A model generated the notes under the pieces. It saw nothing but the letters and a program-made list of their open reading frames with translations, ran no database searches and was not told the origin of the DNA. The position numbers were made by a program, and so were the translations under genes. Below are positions 36,542-46,432 of a stretch of DNA of 64,000 nt, piece by piece (the stretch's first letter is position 1; every line of letters begins with the position of its first letter). The stretch comes from a virus: IMG/VR virus record IMGVR_UViG_3300012953_000001, positions 32,001-96,000 of that record; one strand, 5' to 3'.

Positions 36542-36950
36542 GAAAGTATTCGAGGCGGAGCTTACAATACTCCCCCCATCAGTAAATAGAATGTATGTGT
36601 ACACGACACGAGGCCCAAGACCTTCTTCGGATATGAAAAAGTTCAAGGCTAAGGCGTCTACACAGTTAGCAAAACAAATCCCCTTTGGGGCTAAGCCATT
36701 ATCCCAAAATACCCCTTATGCCCTTCGACTGGAGTTTCACCTACCGGCGTTGCTGAACAAGGGGTGGCCGAAGAAAGCTAAGACCAAATACAAACGAAAA
36801 GATGTATCAAACCTGATCAAAGTCGTTGAGGATTTACTTTCTTGGTGTTTGGGAATAGACGACTCATGCTTCTTAGAGGTATCGGTTCAAAAGATGGATG
36901 GCTTAGTTTCAGAGTTTGTTGGAGTGAAAATAGAAGTACATGAAATCTGA
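36531..36950 (+). CDS. rusA: RusA-like Holliday junction resolvase
   Basis: LPPSVNRMY...KDVSNLIKVVEDLL...GIDDS. Confidence 0.85.
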   Translation: MERKKVFEAELTILPPSVNRMYVYTTRGPRPSSDMKKFKAKASTQLAKQIPFGAKPLSQNTPYALRLEFHLPALLNKGWPKKAKTKYKRKDVSNLIKVVEDLLSWCLGIDDSCFLEVSVQKMDGLVSEFVGVKIEVHEI

Positions 36951-37236
36951 GAACATACCGTTAAAGCCCCTGGAGCTACTTCATGTAGCGTGGGAGCAGC
37001 ATGGCCAAAGAATAGCCATGCACGAGAACCCTGGGCAAATTCAGGAGCTTTTGTCGTATAAGGATGACGAAGTCCAAAGCAGCCCATTTAACCCCATGCG
37101 TGATGAAATCATGCTATATATAAAGGATAGAAGAAATATGCTAAGTTTATCGTGTGATGGCAACTGTTATGGCCACACAGATGGCGTTGTGGCGTTTTGC
37201 CACCAACAACTTATGGAGGACCAGAATGGCCGCTAA
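36940..37236 (+). CDS. hypothetical protein (98 aa)
   Basis: coupled ORF; C-x3-C-x2-H...C-H pattern. Confidence 0.7.
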   Translation: MKSENIPLKPLELLHVAWEQHGQRIAMHENPGQIQELLSYKDDEVQSSPFNPMRDEIMLYIKDRRNMLSLSCDGNCYGHTDGVVAFCHQQLMEDQNGR

Positions 37237-38134
37237 AGCTACTAAAAAGATGTTTGATAACCTAGATCGTGCTGAAGTCAGAAAGCTGGCGATTGTGGGC
37301 ATGAAGCTGGCACCAGCAAAAGCCTACACTATGGACTTTAAGACATTAGTCTCGTGGGTCCATGCGCGAGCTACTGAAGTGCCCGCTGACGAAGTAAACG
37401 GTGATCGCGACAGGGACCCTAGGCCCTTTGTCGAGGTTGACTTGGATGCAGTTGGTAACGAAGCCTTTAGAGACGGCGTTATGAGCTACATCGCACAGCT
37501 ACAGGATTTTGTCCGAGGCAATCGCGACAGTGCGCCAGCATGGCCACCTAGTGATGCAGGTGACGCGATTAAGGCTAAAGAAGTGACTCCTGAGGAGCCT
37601 AAGGCCGAGGTTGCTCCTAAGCGAAAGCGTGGCCGTCCGCGTAAAATGGATACGGTATCCAAGGAAACGCCTATTACTAAGAAGCCTGTCCCTGAAGCGA
37701 AGGCTGCTGCTCCTAAGAAAGAAGTTGCACCAATCGCTAAGACAAAGCTCAAGAAGACAAAGCTTTCCACAAAGAAAGCGGAGCCTGCGCCAGAAGCTGT
37801 TGATACCACCGTCAAAGAAGCCACCACTACGCCAAGCGTTGATGTGGTTGGGTTGATGGCTGCTATTGAGAGCCTGTCTGCGCGTGTTGAAGAGCTTACG
37901 ACCACCGTTAATAATATTAGTGCCTACACTAATGGTTTAGCGGAAGGCGTAAAAGATGGCTTCACTACAGTTAGTGATCAAGTGGCCGCTGTTCGAACAG
38001 AGCAGACCGCTGCTAATAACCTACTTGGTAATGCTTTATTGTTCCTCATGAACTCTGTGGTTTTTGAGGAGGGCGAAGAAAAAGTAGACCTTGCAGGTGT
38101 CCCAGAGCCAAATAGCTATTTGGACCTGGATTAG
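37226..38134 (+). CDS. AT-hook / histone-like DNA-binding protein with coiled-coil C-terminus
   Basis: start reassigned to MAAKAT (GGAGGA RBS); KRKRGRPRK AT-hook; Lys/Ala/Pro-rich linker. Confidence 0.7.
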   Translation: MAAKATKKMFDNLDRAEVRKLAIVGMKLAPAKAYTMDFKTLVSWVHARATEVPADEVNGDRDRDPRPFVEVDLDAVGNEAFRDGVMSYIAQLQDFVRGNRDSAPAWPPSDAGDAIKAKEVTPEEPKAEVAPKRKRGRPRKMDTVSKETPITKKPVPEAKAAAPKKEVAPIAKTKLKKTKLSTKKAEPAPEAVDTTVKEATTTPSVDVVGLMAAIESLSARVEELTTTVNNISAYTNGLAEGVKDGFTTVSDQVAAVRTEQTAANNLLGNALLFLMNSVVFEEGEEKVDLAGVPEPNSYLDLD

Positions 38135-38158
38135 TCCATACCCTCCTTTGGACTTGAT

Positions 38159-38201
38159 GAGCCCCTCGCGTATCTTCGGATATGTGGGGGGCTCTTTTTT
38201 T
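38159..38201 (+). terminator. intrinsic terminator of the replication operon
   Basis: 16-bp stem with a cTTCGg loop followed by T7. Confidence 0.88.
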
Positions 38202-38211
38202 AGCTACAAAA

Positions 38212-38251
38212 CGTGCAAAAACGACCCCCTTTTTAGGGATAAGAATAGTGA
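38212..38251 (+). promoter_or_regulatory. putative phage promoter, copy 4
   Basis: CGTGCAAAAACG at 38212 and GGGATAAGAATAGTG at 38236-38250; same 27-nt spacing as copy 2. Confidence 0.62.
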
Positions 38252-38327
38252 AGGAAGGGATAGCTCCCTTTCGAAGTCGAATTAACAGCGGTGAAGTCGC
38301 CGCGAATTTCCTAAGGAGGAAAGTGCT

Positions 38328-38621
38328 ATGGGTATCAAAATCAATAACCCCTTTAAGAAGGCCCAGCCTTCTCGTCGTGACCAAGTTATTGCCGTAGGCA
38401 AGAACGCTGCTACCCTTGTAGTGTTCTCTTGGCTCATTCAGAAAGGTGTCGAAGGACTCGATGCTGCTGTCAAGGGTGCCGCCCAGGGCTTCAAGTCTGC
38501 CAAGGAAAATATGGCGGCGAAGCGTGAGGCTGCGAAAACTGCTGCGGAAGCACAGGCTAACGCTGCGACCTCAGAGTCGCAGGCTACCAGTGAAGAGGCT
38601 TCTGCCTCGGCTGCTGCGTAG
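38328..38621 (+). CDS. small Ala-rich protein with one hydrophobic helix
   Basis: TAAGGAGG RBS; own promoter motif and terminator. Confidence 0.8.
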   Translation: MGIKINNPFKKAQPSRRDQVIAVGKNAATLVVFSWLIQKGVEGLDAAVKGAAQGFKSAKENMAAKREAAKTAAEAQANAATSESQATSEEASASAAA

Positions 38622-38632
38622 TTAGCCGGAAA

Positions 38633-38664
38633 GGTTGTGGGGGCTTATGCCCCCCAACTTTTCT
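38633..38664. terminator. terminator hairpin between convergent units
   Basis: GGGGGC-TTAT-GCCCCC core with GGTTG/CAACT extension and T-rich tail. Confidence 0.75.
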
Positions 38665-38680
38665 TACCTATTTTTCTTAC

Positions 38681-41600
38681 CTACCAAATTGTCTTAAGCT
38701 TAGACTGTTTCGCATCCTCTGGATAGAACCACTTCGTCGTAGAGCCCCACTTCTGGAAGGCATTGTCTCCTGCGCCGCCGTAACCACTCTGTGTTTGTGG
38801 ATCAAGCTGCGGCCAATCGGTACCGTGATCGAGGAGGGTGGCAGTTTCAGCATCAACCCAGTCGTTATGTGCACCTTGATTGGGATGACCAGTGTTCGAC
38901 TGTCTGTGGATAACGTGCGTGAGACCAACGGTTGGTGTCATAGCGAGGTGGTCCGAGTAGTCGGACCAATTTGGGGCAGCGATCCCTGGCTTGTTACTCC
39001 AGTAGGACCCCATCCACAGGTTCACGTTATGGTGCTGGATGTTACCGATATCGACCATTGAGCCGTGACTCTGCCAAGTCTTATTACCGTTAATTGTACC
39101 ATACAGGTATTGTCCGGATTCAGGGTCCCACCCAGATATGGTCACTCCACGAGCGTCGATATTGGTGGCGGTAGAATCCCATCCTGGCCTATAACCAGCA
39201 GCCCAGTCTGTAAGGTTATTACCAACACTAGCGACAGAACCACCTGTTACCTTAAGTATGGTGCGCCCGCCACCCTTGTTTCCTACCAAGACGGCATACG
39301 CGCCGTCAGTCTGCCCTGGCGTTGTGCCTGACTGAGCGTTAGGATCCCAAGGTATTGTCACCGGGACTCCCACATAGATCCCAGCGTTCACCTTGTTGCT
39401 ATTGAAGATCATGCCCTTGTTGTAGACATCAAAACAATGCTGGTAAATCCGAGTCTCCGCACTATTACCTGCGTAATCACCCTGCATCCAATCATTGGCG
39501 TGGAAAATGTTACCGGTAATGACCATGTTCGAGTTGGTGCTCATCTCGTCAGTGTGCACCCGCATGAACCAGTTGTTCTGGATACGTGCCCTATGCATTC
39601 TGAAGTCGGAGCTATTCGGAACAAAGCATTCGCCATTGGAGTACCCTCCGTCACCCAAATCAGTATGTGCATAAAAGTCCGTGCCCTCGACTGTACCAGC
39701 TATGTTACTCCACACGCCATTTACCGATGGGAGAGTGGTTGATGGTATTCCGCCCAATCCCCAGTAACCGATAAACCACCCCCAGGCGTCATTGACCATG
39801 AAGGGGTCATCGTCGAGGTCTACGACCTGTTGCTGGCTGACCAAGTCATTATTTGAGAGTTGTAATCCGTCATGGTTACCTCTTAGCTGGATACAGCCGC
39901 CCATCCCGAACGAGATCCCAAGCCGACCATTCCAACAATCGGCTAGCCACGAGTCACCATAACCAGACAGGTCAGTCTCATCCCAAGTCTCTGCTCCGGT
40001 ATGGGTCGCCATACCGTGCATTTTATTATCGCTGACGGTCAACGAATTTGAACGTACCGAATGGAGGAGCTTAACCCCAACGTTGCCCGAAACTACAGAG
40101 CCCTCTCCTTGACCAATCGTGATGAATGGGCCCCAGAGCCCCCAGTTAAACCCAGCACCAAAGAAATTCTCCTCATCGGTCATCAATGCGAGATGATGCT
40201 CATTTTTACCTAAGAACACGTTGTCCTTAATTATCGAAGAAGCTCCGCCTCGTCTGGAGTGCGGCGCAAACATCGCAAGGCTTGGTAGATAGTTGCAGTT
40301 ATGCATAATAGCGCCAACACCAGTATTTCTAGAGATAATGGTGCCCTTGCCTGCGGTGGTAATATGTCCACCAGTAAGCATATTGTCGCAGATTTCATTT
40401 GAACGTGCTTGACTCTGACGCGGTGTGTTTGCACCAACAATGTACTCGTCATGGACTCCGCCCATCGCAAATTTGTCCGGTGCATCGTCCCAAGTCCCTA
40501 CAGCGATAGCACCCGTGATGTATGCGGAGGTGTATCCCACTATATTGCTGGTGACCTTGCAGTTTCTTGGGTAACAACCAAGCTGGATGTACCCGCCAAG
40601 GTCAGACCCACCTAGTCCGTTCCAGCCTCCGCTAATGTTGCCGCTTGTCGAAGGCCCATCTAACGGCTTCTGGATAAGTGCAGGGACGTACCCGAGTTCC
40701 CAGGTGGCCGGGTCTTGGTTTCTATTTATACCAAATCGGGAATACAATGTGTTGTTGCCGCTAACGACAACTCCCGCGTAGCTAGGGTATCTTAGCTGGC
40801 CCAACGTCTGTATCTCGTTATCCGCGAATTCCATAACCGAGATGTTGCCACCACCAGTGTGGTTATTCACGATCCTGCTACCATCGACCTGGGCGTAAGG
40901 GGCAGTCATAAAGATACTACCACCTAAGTGGTCGAGTTTATCCCGATCTGCAACTGGGTACATAGACATGTCTGGGTCTGGGTGGAACGACATATCGTTC
41001 TCCGAGAAAACCGTGTTCATGGTTCGCCCAAACGTTTCCGTGAGATTTACAGAGCAACCATTAAACCGATTGCCCGCAATATAGTTATGCTCTGCGGCCA
41101 TAACGGCAGGAGACGCCTCGCCCCCTGGCACACCCCCAAACCTAATTGCATTCCTCTGGTTAGCGTAAACATTGTTGTTCACGAACCGAATATTGAAGCA
41201 ACGAGTGCTGGGCGTGCCAGACATCTCCGCTTCGTACGTCACATAGCTACCAAACTGGTTATTTGAAAAGTCCACATTTCTGATGGTCTCAGCCTGAACA
41301 GAAGCAAACCTACCAGCGTACTCGTCCCCGGTAAGGCTAGACATACCCTGAACCTGATAAGGCCAGTTGTAAGACTGTTCCAGGTTGCCGCTTACCTGCG
41401 CACCATCCACCCAGTAAAGGTCGATAAACGTGTGCCCGAGCGTGGACTTATTCACATTATCCTTAATCTGGACGTTGCTCGCCATAAACTCATCGAGTGC
41501 CCCATCTCCCATGTTGGGGCCCCAGATGTTGTTGTACCCCCCGCTGACCACAATTAGTGGGTGGTATGTGGCAGTAGAAAAGGTAGGCTCATCCTGAGGC

Positions 41601-44600
41601 GCACCGGGCGCTAAGACAGGCCAAGTGTTCTCGCCGCCGACCCGCTCAATAACATTACCAGAAATAGTAATGTCCATCCCTTGATGACGAATAGCGGCAC
41701 AAGATACGTTTTGTGCCCAAGTACCCAGACTCAACTCAATCGTTCCTTCGTTGTAGACGTGCAGCGGAAGGCTGTTATGGTCAATGATAGTGTTGTTGAG
41801 GACCTTGGTCATGCCTCGGGCACCAGGACTGACGGAGGTTCCCGCCCCAAACTTGGACGTTCCGGTGCTGATACTCTCCCAACCGGTTCGAATTAAAGTG
41901 TTGCCCTCAATGCAGCCCCAACTCTCTTGGAGTAGATCAGTATTTGGGTCGCCACTACCATCCAACCCAGCCCACTGAAGCGGTTGTGGTACGAAGACTC
42001 CTCTGCCGATAAAGCCTTCGATATGGTTATTTCGGACCACATAATCAGGGCAAGCGCAAAGAATAACACCGTGGGGATTATACACCTCAAACCCATACCC
42101 ATTTGGTTGTACCTCTGAGCAGGTTGCGTGATTATCCTCAATAAGAACACCTGAGTGATATGTCGGTAACGTACTGCCGGGGCTTAAGGCATCGAACTGG
42201 TACTGTGGGACGATTGTTACAAAGGTCGTGGTAGTTTTAGAGACGCAGTTTCGGATGGTTAACCTATCCATGGCAATGTAGTCCATGTGATGGAAAAACC
42301 CTGTGCCTCCGAGTAAGTGGACATTATCAATGGTCACATCTCGGGACCCATAAGCCCCAGGAATTTCCTGATAGTCGTTGAGGATAACCTCCATCGCGTC
42401 ATTCCCGTGGACGGGATCAAGCGACGATGCTCTGCTATTAGTGGTGTATACCGGATACGCCCTACCTGAATTACCCGTTGCCCAAGGACTGGGGTCTTCT
42501 GTTCGGTTGATGAATAGGTTGATCCCGGACTGGAAATTATGATTCGAATTCCATGTTGGGATGCTAGGACCGCCCCACCAGTAGGTATCCGTGTTCACGG
42601 CAGAGGTTTCCTGCCATGCATGATTACCCCATGTAAAAGACAAGTCCTTAAACACAAGGCCGCTCTTGGCGTTAATATCAATAAGATTTTGTTCAACACC
42701 CGTATCGGACCAAGATGGGTCTGGCTCGTAACCCCAGTGAATCATAGGCATGCCAGCAGCGGTTTCCCCACTATGTTGAACCGGCTTCGCAGGCTTAACC
42801 GTTGGGTGTCCGATAACTGTAAGTCCGTCAGCGGGAACCTTGAGCGGGTAGGATTCGCCTCGCTGTGGGTACAGCCCCTCGTATGTCCACCCGACTACCT
42901 CAATAGTCCATTTACGCGTACCGGCTCCGTCACTGCTTGGAGCGGGAAGGCTAGTCTCTTCCTGGAGCATTTCCCAAATCTCAATGGCCTTAAACGCTGC
43001 GCCAAGAGTTTTAAAGTGGGTCTGGTCCGAAGGGTATGACCCTGAAATGGACCAAGCGTCCGCCATAGGATTAACAAACGCAGTCGCAGTGCTGCCCGTA
43101 TTGCCTACGTAGAGAGTGTTCTTCTGGTCCTCTCTAGAGACTCGTTGTCTCGCGTCATAAACTGCCTGAACACCAGTCGTCGAATCATAGTCAACAAGAC
43201 ATACAAGAAACCCATTAGGCTCATCGTACATTGTCATGCCAAAACTCGCGAAAGCAGTCCCTACCGGAATAATTAGATAGGACCCCTTCATGTTCCCTAT
43301 ACTGGGTTGAGTGTTCATGTCGGTGTCAAAGAAGAATCGCACATAGTAAGAGCCAGTAACCCAACCGTCGAAACACAATCGCGTCTCTGGGTGGAAGACT
43401 TTTGCCCCACCTTTAAGGTACCAGCATTCGCTAAAATCAACCGAGTGCGCGGCATTTCCCTGGGTATAGTCTACGGCGTTACCGAAGTCATCCTCAGAGT
43501 AGGCTTGGAAATGTTGGTTAGCTCCCTTGATAAGACCGTTGGAATATACACCAAAGTTATTTTTTAGGTCCGAGTTGCCAACATATTTCCCCTTCGGGAC
43601 ATACATCCCAGGCAGGGCTGCTTCAATGCCTTCTGTGATAGAAGGTTGGTTGCCCGGAGTTCCGGTATTGATTCGGTGAGGCATCGCCTCGCCGCTCCAA
43701 GTGTGCGGCTCATACGCGGTCGTCACGCCATAGTAGTTCTCATTTACGCCAAGATTGGCACTAGCGGTTTTTGTATTGAGCGTGTGTGCTCGATGGGTGT
43801 CTGGAGAGGTAAGGGGGAGTTTCCACCCCTCATCAGAAAGGGTCCAACCACCATTCTGGATATGACTAAACTCTGATAGGTAGTCCGCCCCGCGAGTGTC
43901 TTGAAAAATTAATGTCCGCACTTGGTTCGGAGCTATTGCGTTGTCCTTGCCTGCGTACATCAAGTACGCGTGCGTGTACTCCATCACTTGCCAACCAATA
44001 GCCCCATGCCAAGGACCGGCACCGGGAGCGAACGCGCCTGAACGCGGACGCATCTCTACAAGGTTCAGGTCATGCGACTCTGGGAGATTTGTGTAGGTGC
44101 GGAAAACCGTTTGGTTGGAAAACTCCTGCGGGAAGATGATGGAGATCGGTCGGGAGTTGGCGGCGTAGGCAATCTTATGCCCTGCGCCCTGCTGCCCTCG
44201 TAACTCTTCGTTTGAAGAGAAGTCCGCATGGTAGGCAGCATTAAGCCCAAAGGTAGTATTGGCGTACTCCCCTGGAGTGTGCTTGTTCTCTACGATGGGA
44301 GCACCGTATAGCTTACTAACTACGAAGTTTTCAAAGCCGCCAAAAGATATGCCATAGATCTGAGTGGGGCTTCCTCCACCCATATCTTGGGATTCCACAA
44401 GCAGGTTGCCACTAGAGGTGTATGTTGCAGACCCTGTCCCATAGTACGGTGCAAGACCGCCCGTCCAGTTGGCTGGGTGGTCATCTGGCATGAGAGCGCG
44501 ACCGACTAGCCCCCTACAAACAAGCATGTTGTCCGATGCTCGAACAAGTGTCGCTGCTGCATGGGCTGGGTGCGCCTGATTCTGGGCGAATGTATGGAGT

Positions 44601-46420
44601 GGGATCCGGTCCCCAGGATGAATCCCTTGTGCGGTTAAGAAGTCCTCTATTGTAGTATTTGGCCCAGGCCCAGTGTGCTCAGTCTGAATGTACAGAAGGT
44701 CATTGCCTAGAGTTTGTTGGGTAGGATTGAACGGACCATTCAGCATGTAGTCCCTAGCCCCTTGTGGGCCAGGAACGGGTAGGTAGCCGCCACTCAAATG
44801 TGAGAGGTGGTCTCTTAGAAGACGGATATCTCCGTAAGTCCAATTCAGTTTTGATGCAGGAGCCTCGTAAGATCCCCGAGTAGCGGAAGCTCCCTGAGAA
44901 CGTAACTGCTCGCCTACCGTAGTCAGCGTATTACAGTATAGGTAATAGTCCTGCTGAATCGTGTGTCGGTCTGCTCCAGGCCCCTCAAAAATCAGTACGG
45001 GGTTGAGTAGGAACCCTAAGGGCGTACAAGGAACAATATGTCCTGGGTTCGAATCCAAAACAAAGCTTACAGGTGCACTAGGCGCTACAACATCAGTGAC
45101 CTCTTCGCTCTCCCAAGCACCTGCGGCTGAGTCGTATCGGAACAACATTGTACCCGACGAGGTAGGGGTCTTTTTGGGCATAGTCCAGTTAGACTGCGCC
45201 CCCTCTTCCATGTCTGGTAAACCAACATCTCCGTAGGCTCTTCGGCCATTCTTCTGGAACCCACTCTGGGCTACCTTATTCGCAGTCCCACCGATACCGG
45301 TATTGAAGTCTTCCCCTGCGCCTAAAGGTGCAAGATACAAGTCTCCCTGCACATCCCCAACATCAGCCACCTCAGGAAGGTCGGGTCGGGGGATCCGGTA
45401 CACAACGTGCGCGTATAGGGTTCTTTCTTCTGGGAGAGACGCCGCATTAGCATGATCTGGATAAGCCTTCCAAGAAACAAGGTCCCCATCACTGAATGTT
45501 GTGTAGTCACCTACTGTGACTTTGGCCAAGTTCCCTCGGGTCAGTACCGCCTTATCACCAGTTCCCCCAGCACCGAGAGCCTCGCTCTGCTGGACCGCTG
45601 TGATTTGGTAGAGGCCATTATTGCTGTTACCCGTTGCACTAGGGTCTCCGTCATTTTGAACTTCGACGTAACACCCTGGTCGGAGACTCAAGTTATGAAA
45701 GCCTAAACCCGTGGACCTGATGGTTAGTCCGTCTGACTCCCATCTATGAATATCAATAGTAATAGCTGTCCCGTTGTAAGGACTGATCTCCGCGTTAATC
45801 GGGGTAATGGGCGGGATTGTGAGCGGTAAAGCGTGCTCGTCATCTCCTTGGTATTCTGTCGGCTGGAAGTACTCCGGTACTCCGAGCTTAGCAGAAACGT
45901 TGACTGGAGAGAGCGAGTGCTTTAGCGACGTGTTTCCACGCGACTGCCATAAGGTTTTTCCCTCTTCACTACCGAAGAGACGAATAAAGTTTTCAAGCTC
46001 TCGCTGATGGAGGCCGCAGTAAACCCATACGGGAGGTACTGTATTCGGGTTCGCTGAACCAGCAAGATCAATAGCATCTTGATAGGTCTGAACACCGTTT
46101 GGGTTTAAGGCACTGTTCTGCCCGAGAGGCCAGAACCCAGCACTCGAACCACCCAGGTCTGTAGAGTCCCTGACAGGAGAAAGAACCTCTTCCCTCATTG
46201 CAGGGGCATCGAGAGTCCCTTTTACGCTGTCGATATTAGCGGATAAAGCAGAGAAAGCGCGGTTGAACGCTGAGCTAGTCGCATCCTCTCCATAAGCCAT
46301 GAACTTAGTCGCAGGTGCATGCGGCTTAAACGGCGTAGTGGTATTCGCAGGAGACGTATCGGCCAGGGTCTCGCTAGCAGGCGTAGTGCCCGCCAGTTTT
46401 CCGAAATACTTATAAGACAT
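38681..46420 (-). CDS. giant tail fibre/tailspike with parallel beta-helix (pectate-lyase-like) region
   Basis: 2579 aa; recurring I.[DG]N.h beta-helix rungs (LIEDNH, VVRNNHI, IEGNTL, ISGNVI, IAGNRF, VSGNVG); GGAGG RBS. Confidence 0.75.
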   Translation of the reverse strand: MSYKYFGKLAGTTPASETLADTSPANTTTPFKPHAPATKFMAYGEDATSSAFNRAFSALSANIDSVKGTLDAPAMREEVLSPVRDSTDLGGSSAGFWPLGQNSALNPNGVQTYQDAIDLAGSANPNTVPPVWVYCGLHQRELENFIRLFGSEEGKTLWQSRGNTSLKHSLSPVNVSAKLGVPEYFQPTEYQGDDEHALPLTIPPITPINAEISPYNGTAITIDIHRWESDGLTIRSTGLGFHNLSLRPGCYVEVQNDGDPSATGNSNNGLYQITAVQQSEALGAGGTGDKAVLTRGNLAKVTVGDYTTFSDGDLVSWKAYPDHANAASLPEERTLYAHVVYRIPRPDLPEVADVGDVQGDLYLAPLGAGEDFNTGIGGTANKVAQSGFQKNGRRAYGDVGLPDMEEGAQSNWTMPKKTPTSSGTMLFRYDSAAGAWESEEVTDVVAPSAPVSFVLDSNPGHIVPCTPLGFLLNPVLIFEGPGADRHTIQQDYYLYCNTLTTVGEQLRSQGASATRGSYEAPASKLNWTYGDIRLLRDHLSHLSGGYLPVPGPQGARDYMLNGPFNPTQQTLGNDLLYIQTEHTGPGPNTTIEDFLTAQGIHPGDRIPLHTFAQNQAHPAHAAATLVRASDNMLVCRGLVGRALMPDDHPANWTGGLAPYYGTGSATYTSSGNLLVESQDMGGGSPTQIYGISFGGFENFVVSKLYGAPIVENKHTPGEYANTTFGLNAAYHADFSSNEELRGQQGAGHKIAYAANSRPISIIFPQEFSNQTVFRTYTNLPESHDLNLVEMRPRSGAFAPGAGPWHGAIGWQVMEYTHAYLMYAGKDNAIAPNQVRTLIFQDTRGADYLSEFSHIQNGGWTLSDEGWKLPLTSPDTHRAHTLNTKTASANLGVNENYYGVTTAYEPHTWSGEAMPHRINTGTPGNQPSITEGIEAALPGMYVPKGKYVGNSDLKNNFGVYSNGLIKGANQHFQAYSEDDFGNAVDYTQGNAAHSVDFSECWYLKGGAKVFHPETRLCFDGWVTGSYYVRFFFDTDMNTQPSIGNMKGSYLIIPVGTAFASFGMTMYDEPNGFLVCLVDYDSTTGVQAVYDARQRVSREDQKNTLYVGNTGSTATAFVNPMADAWSISGSYPSDQTHFKTLGAAFKAIEIWEMLQEETSLPAPSSDGAGTRKWTIEVVGWTYEGLYPQRGESYPLKVPADGLTVIGHPTVKPAKPVQHSGETAAGMPMIHWGYEPDPSWSDTGVEQNLIDINAKSGLVFKDLSFTWGNHAWQETSAVNTDTYWWGGPSIPTWNSNHNFQSGINLFINRTEDPSPWATGNSGRAYPVYTTNSRASSLDPVHGNDAMEVILNDYQEIPGAYGSRDVTIDNVHLLGGTGFFHHMDYIAMDRLTIRNCVSKTTTTFVTIVPQYQFDALSPGSTLPTYHSGVLIEDNHATCSEVQPNGYGFEVYNPHGVILCACPDYVVRNNHIEGFIGRGVFVPQPLQWAGLDGSGDPNTDLLQESWGCIEGNTLIRTGWESISTGTSKFGAGTSVSPGARGMTKVLNNTIIDHNSLPLHVYNEGTIELSLGTWAQNVSCAAIRHQGMDITISGNVIERVGGENTWPVLAPGAPQDEPTFSTATYHPLIVVSGGYNNIWGPNMGDGALDEFMASNVQIKDNVNKSTLGHTFIDLYWVDGAQVSGNLEQSYNWPYQVQGMSSLTGDEYAGRFASVQAETIRNVDFSNNQFGSYVTYEAEMSGTPSTRCFNIRFVNNNVYANQRNAIRFGGVPGGEASPAVMAAEHNYIAGNRFNGCSVNLTETFGRTMNTVFSENDMSFHPDPDMSMYPVADRDKLDHLGGSIFMTAPYAQVDGSRIVNNHTGGGNISVMEFADNEIQTLGQLRYPSYAGVVVSGNNTLYSRFGINRNQDPATWELGYVPALIQKPLDGPSTSGNISGGWNGLGGSDLGGYIQLGCYPRNCKVTSNIVGYTSAYITGAIAVGTWDDAPDKFAMGGVHDEYIVGANTPRQSQARSNEICDNMLTGGHITTAGKGTIISRNTGVGAIMHNCNYLPSLAMFAPHSRRGGASSIIKDNVFLGKNEHHLALMTDEENFFGAGFNWGLWGPFITIGQGEGSVVSGNVGVKLLHSVRSNSLTVSDNKMHGMATHTGAETWDETDLSGYGDSWLADCWNGRLGISFGMGGCIQLRGNHDGLQLSNNDLVSQQQVVDLDDDPFMVNDAWGWFIGYWGLGGIPSTTLPSVNGVWSNIAGTVEGTDFYAHTDLGDGGYSNGECFVPNSSDFRMHRARIQNNWFMRVHTDEMSTNSNMVITGNIFHANDWMQGDYAGNSAETRIYQHCFDVYNKGMIFNSNKVNAGIYVGVPVTIPWDPNAQSGTTPGQTDGAYAVLVGNKGGGRTILKVTGGSVASVGNNLTDWAAGYRPGWDSTATNIDARGVTISGWDPESGQYLYGTINGNKTWQSHGSMVDIGNIQHHNVNLWMGSYWSNKPGIAAPNWSDYSDHLAMTPTVGLTHVIHRQSNTGHPNQGAHNDWVDAETATLLDHGTDWPQLDPQTQSGYGGAGDNAFQKWGSTTKWFYPEDAKQSKLKTIW

Positions 46421-46432
46421 TGAATAACCTCC

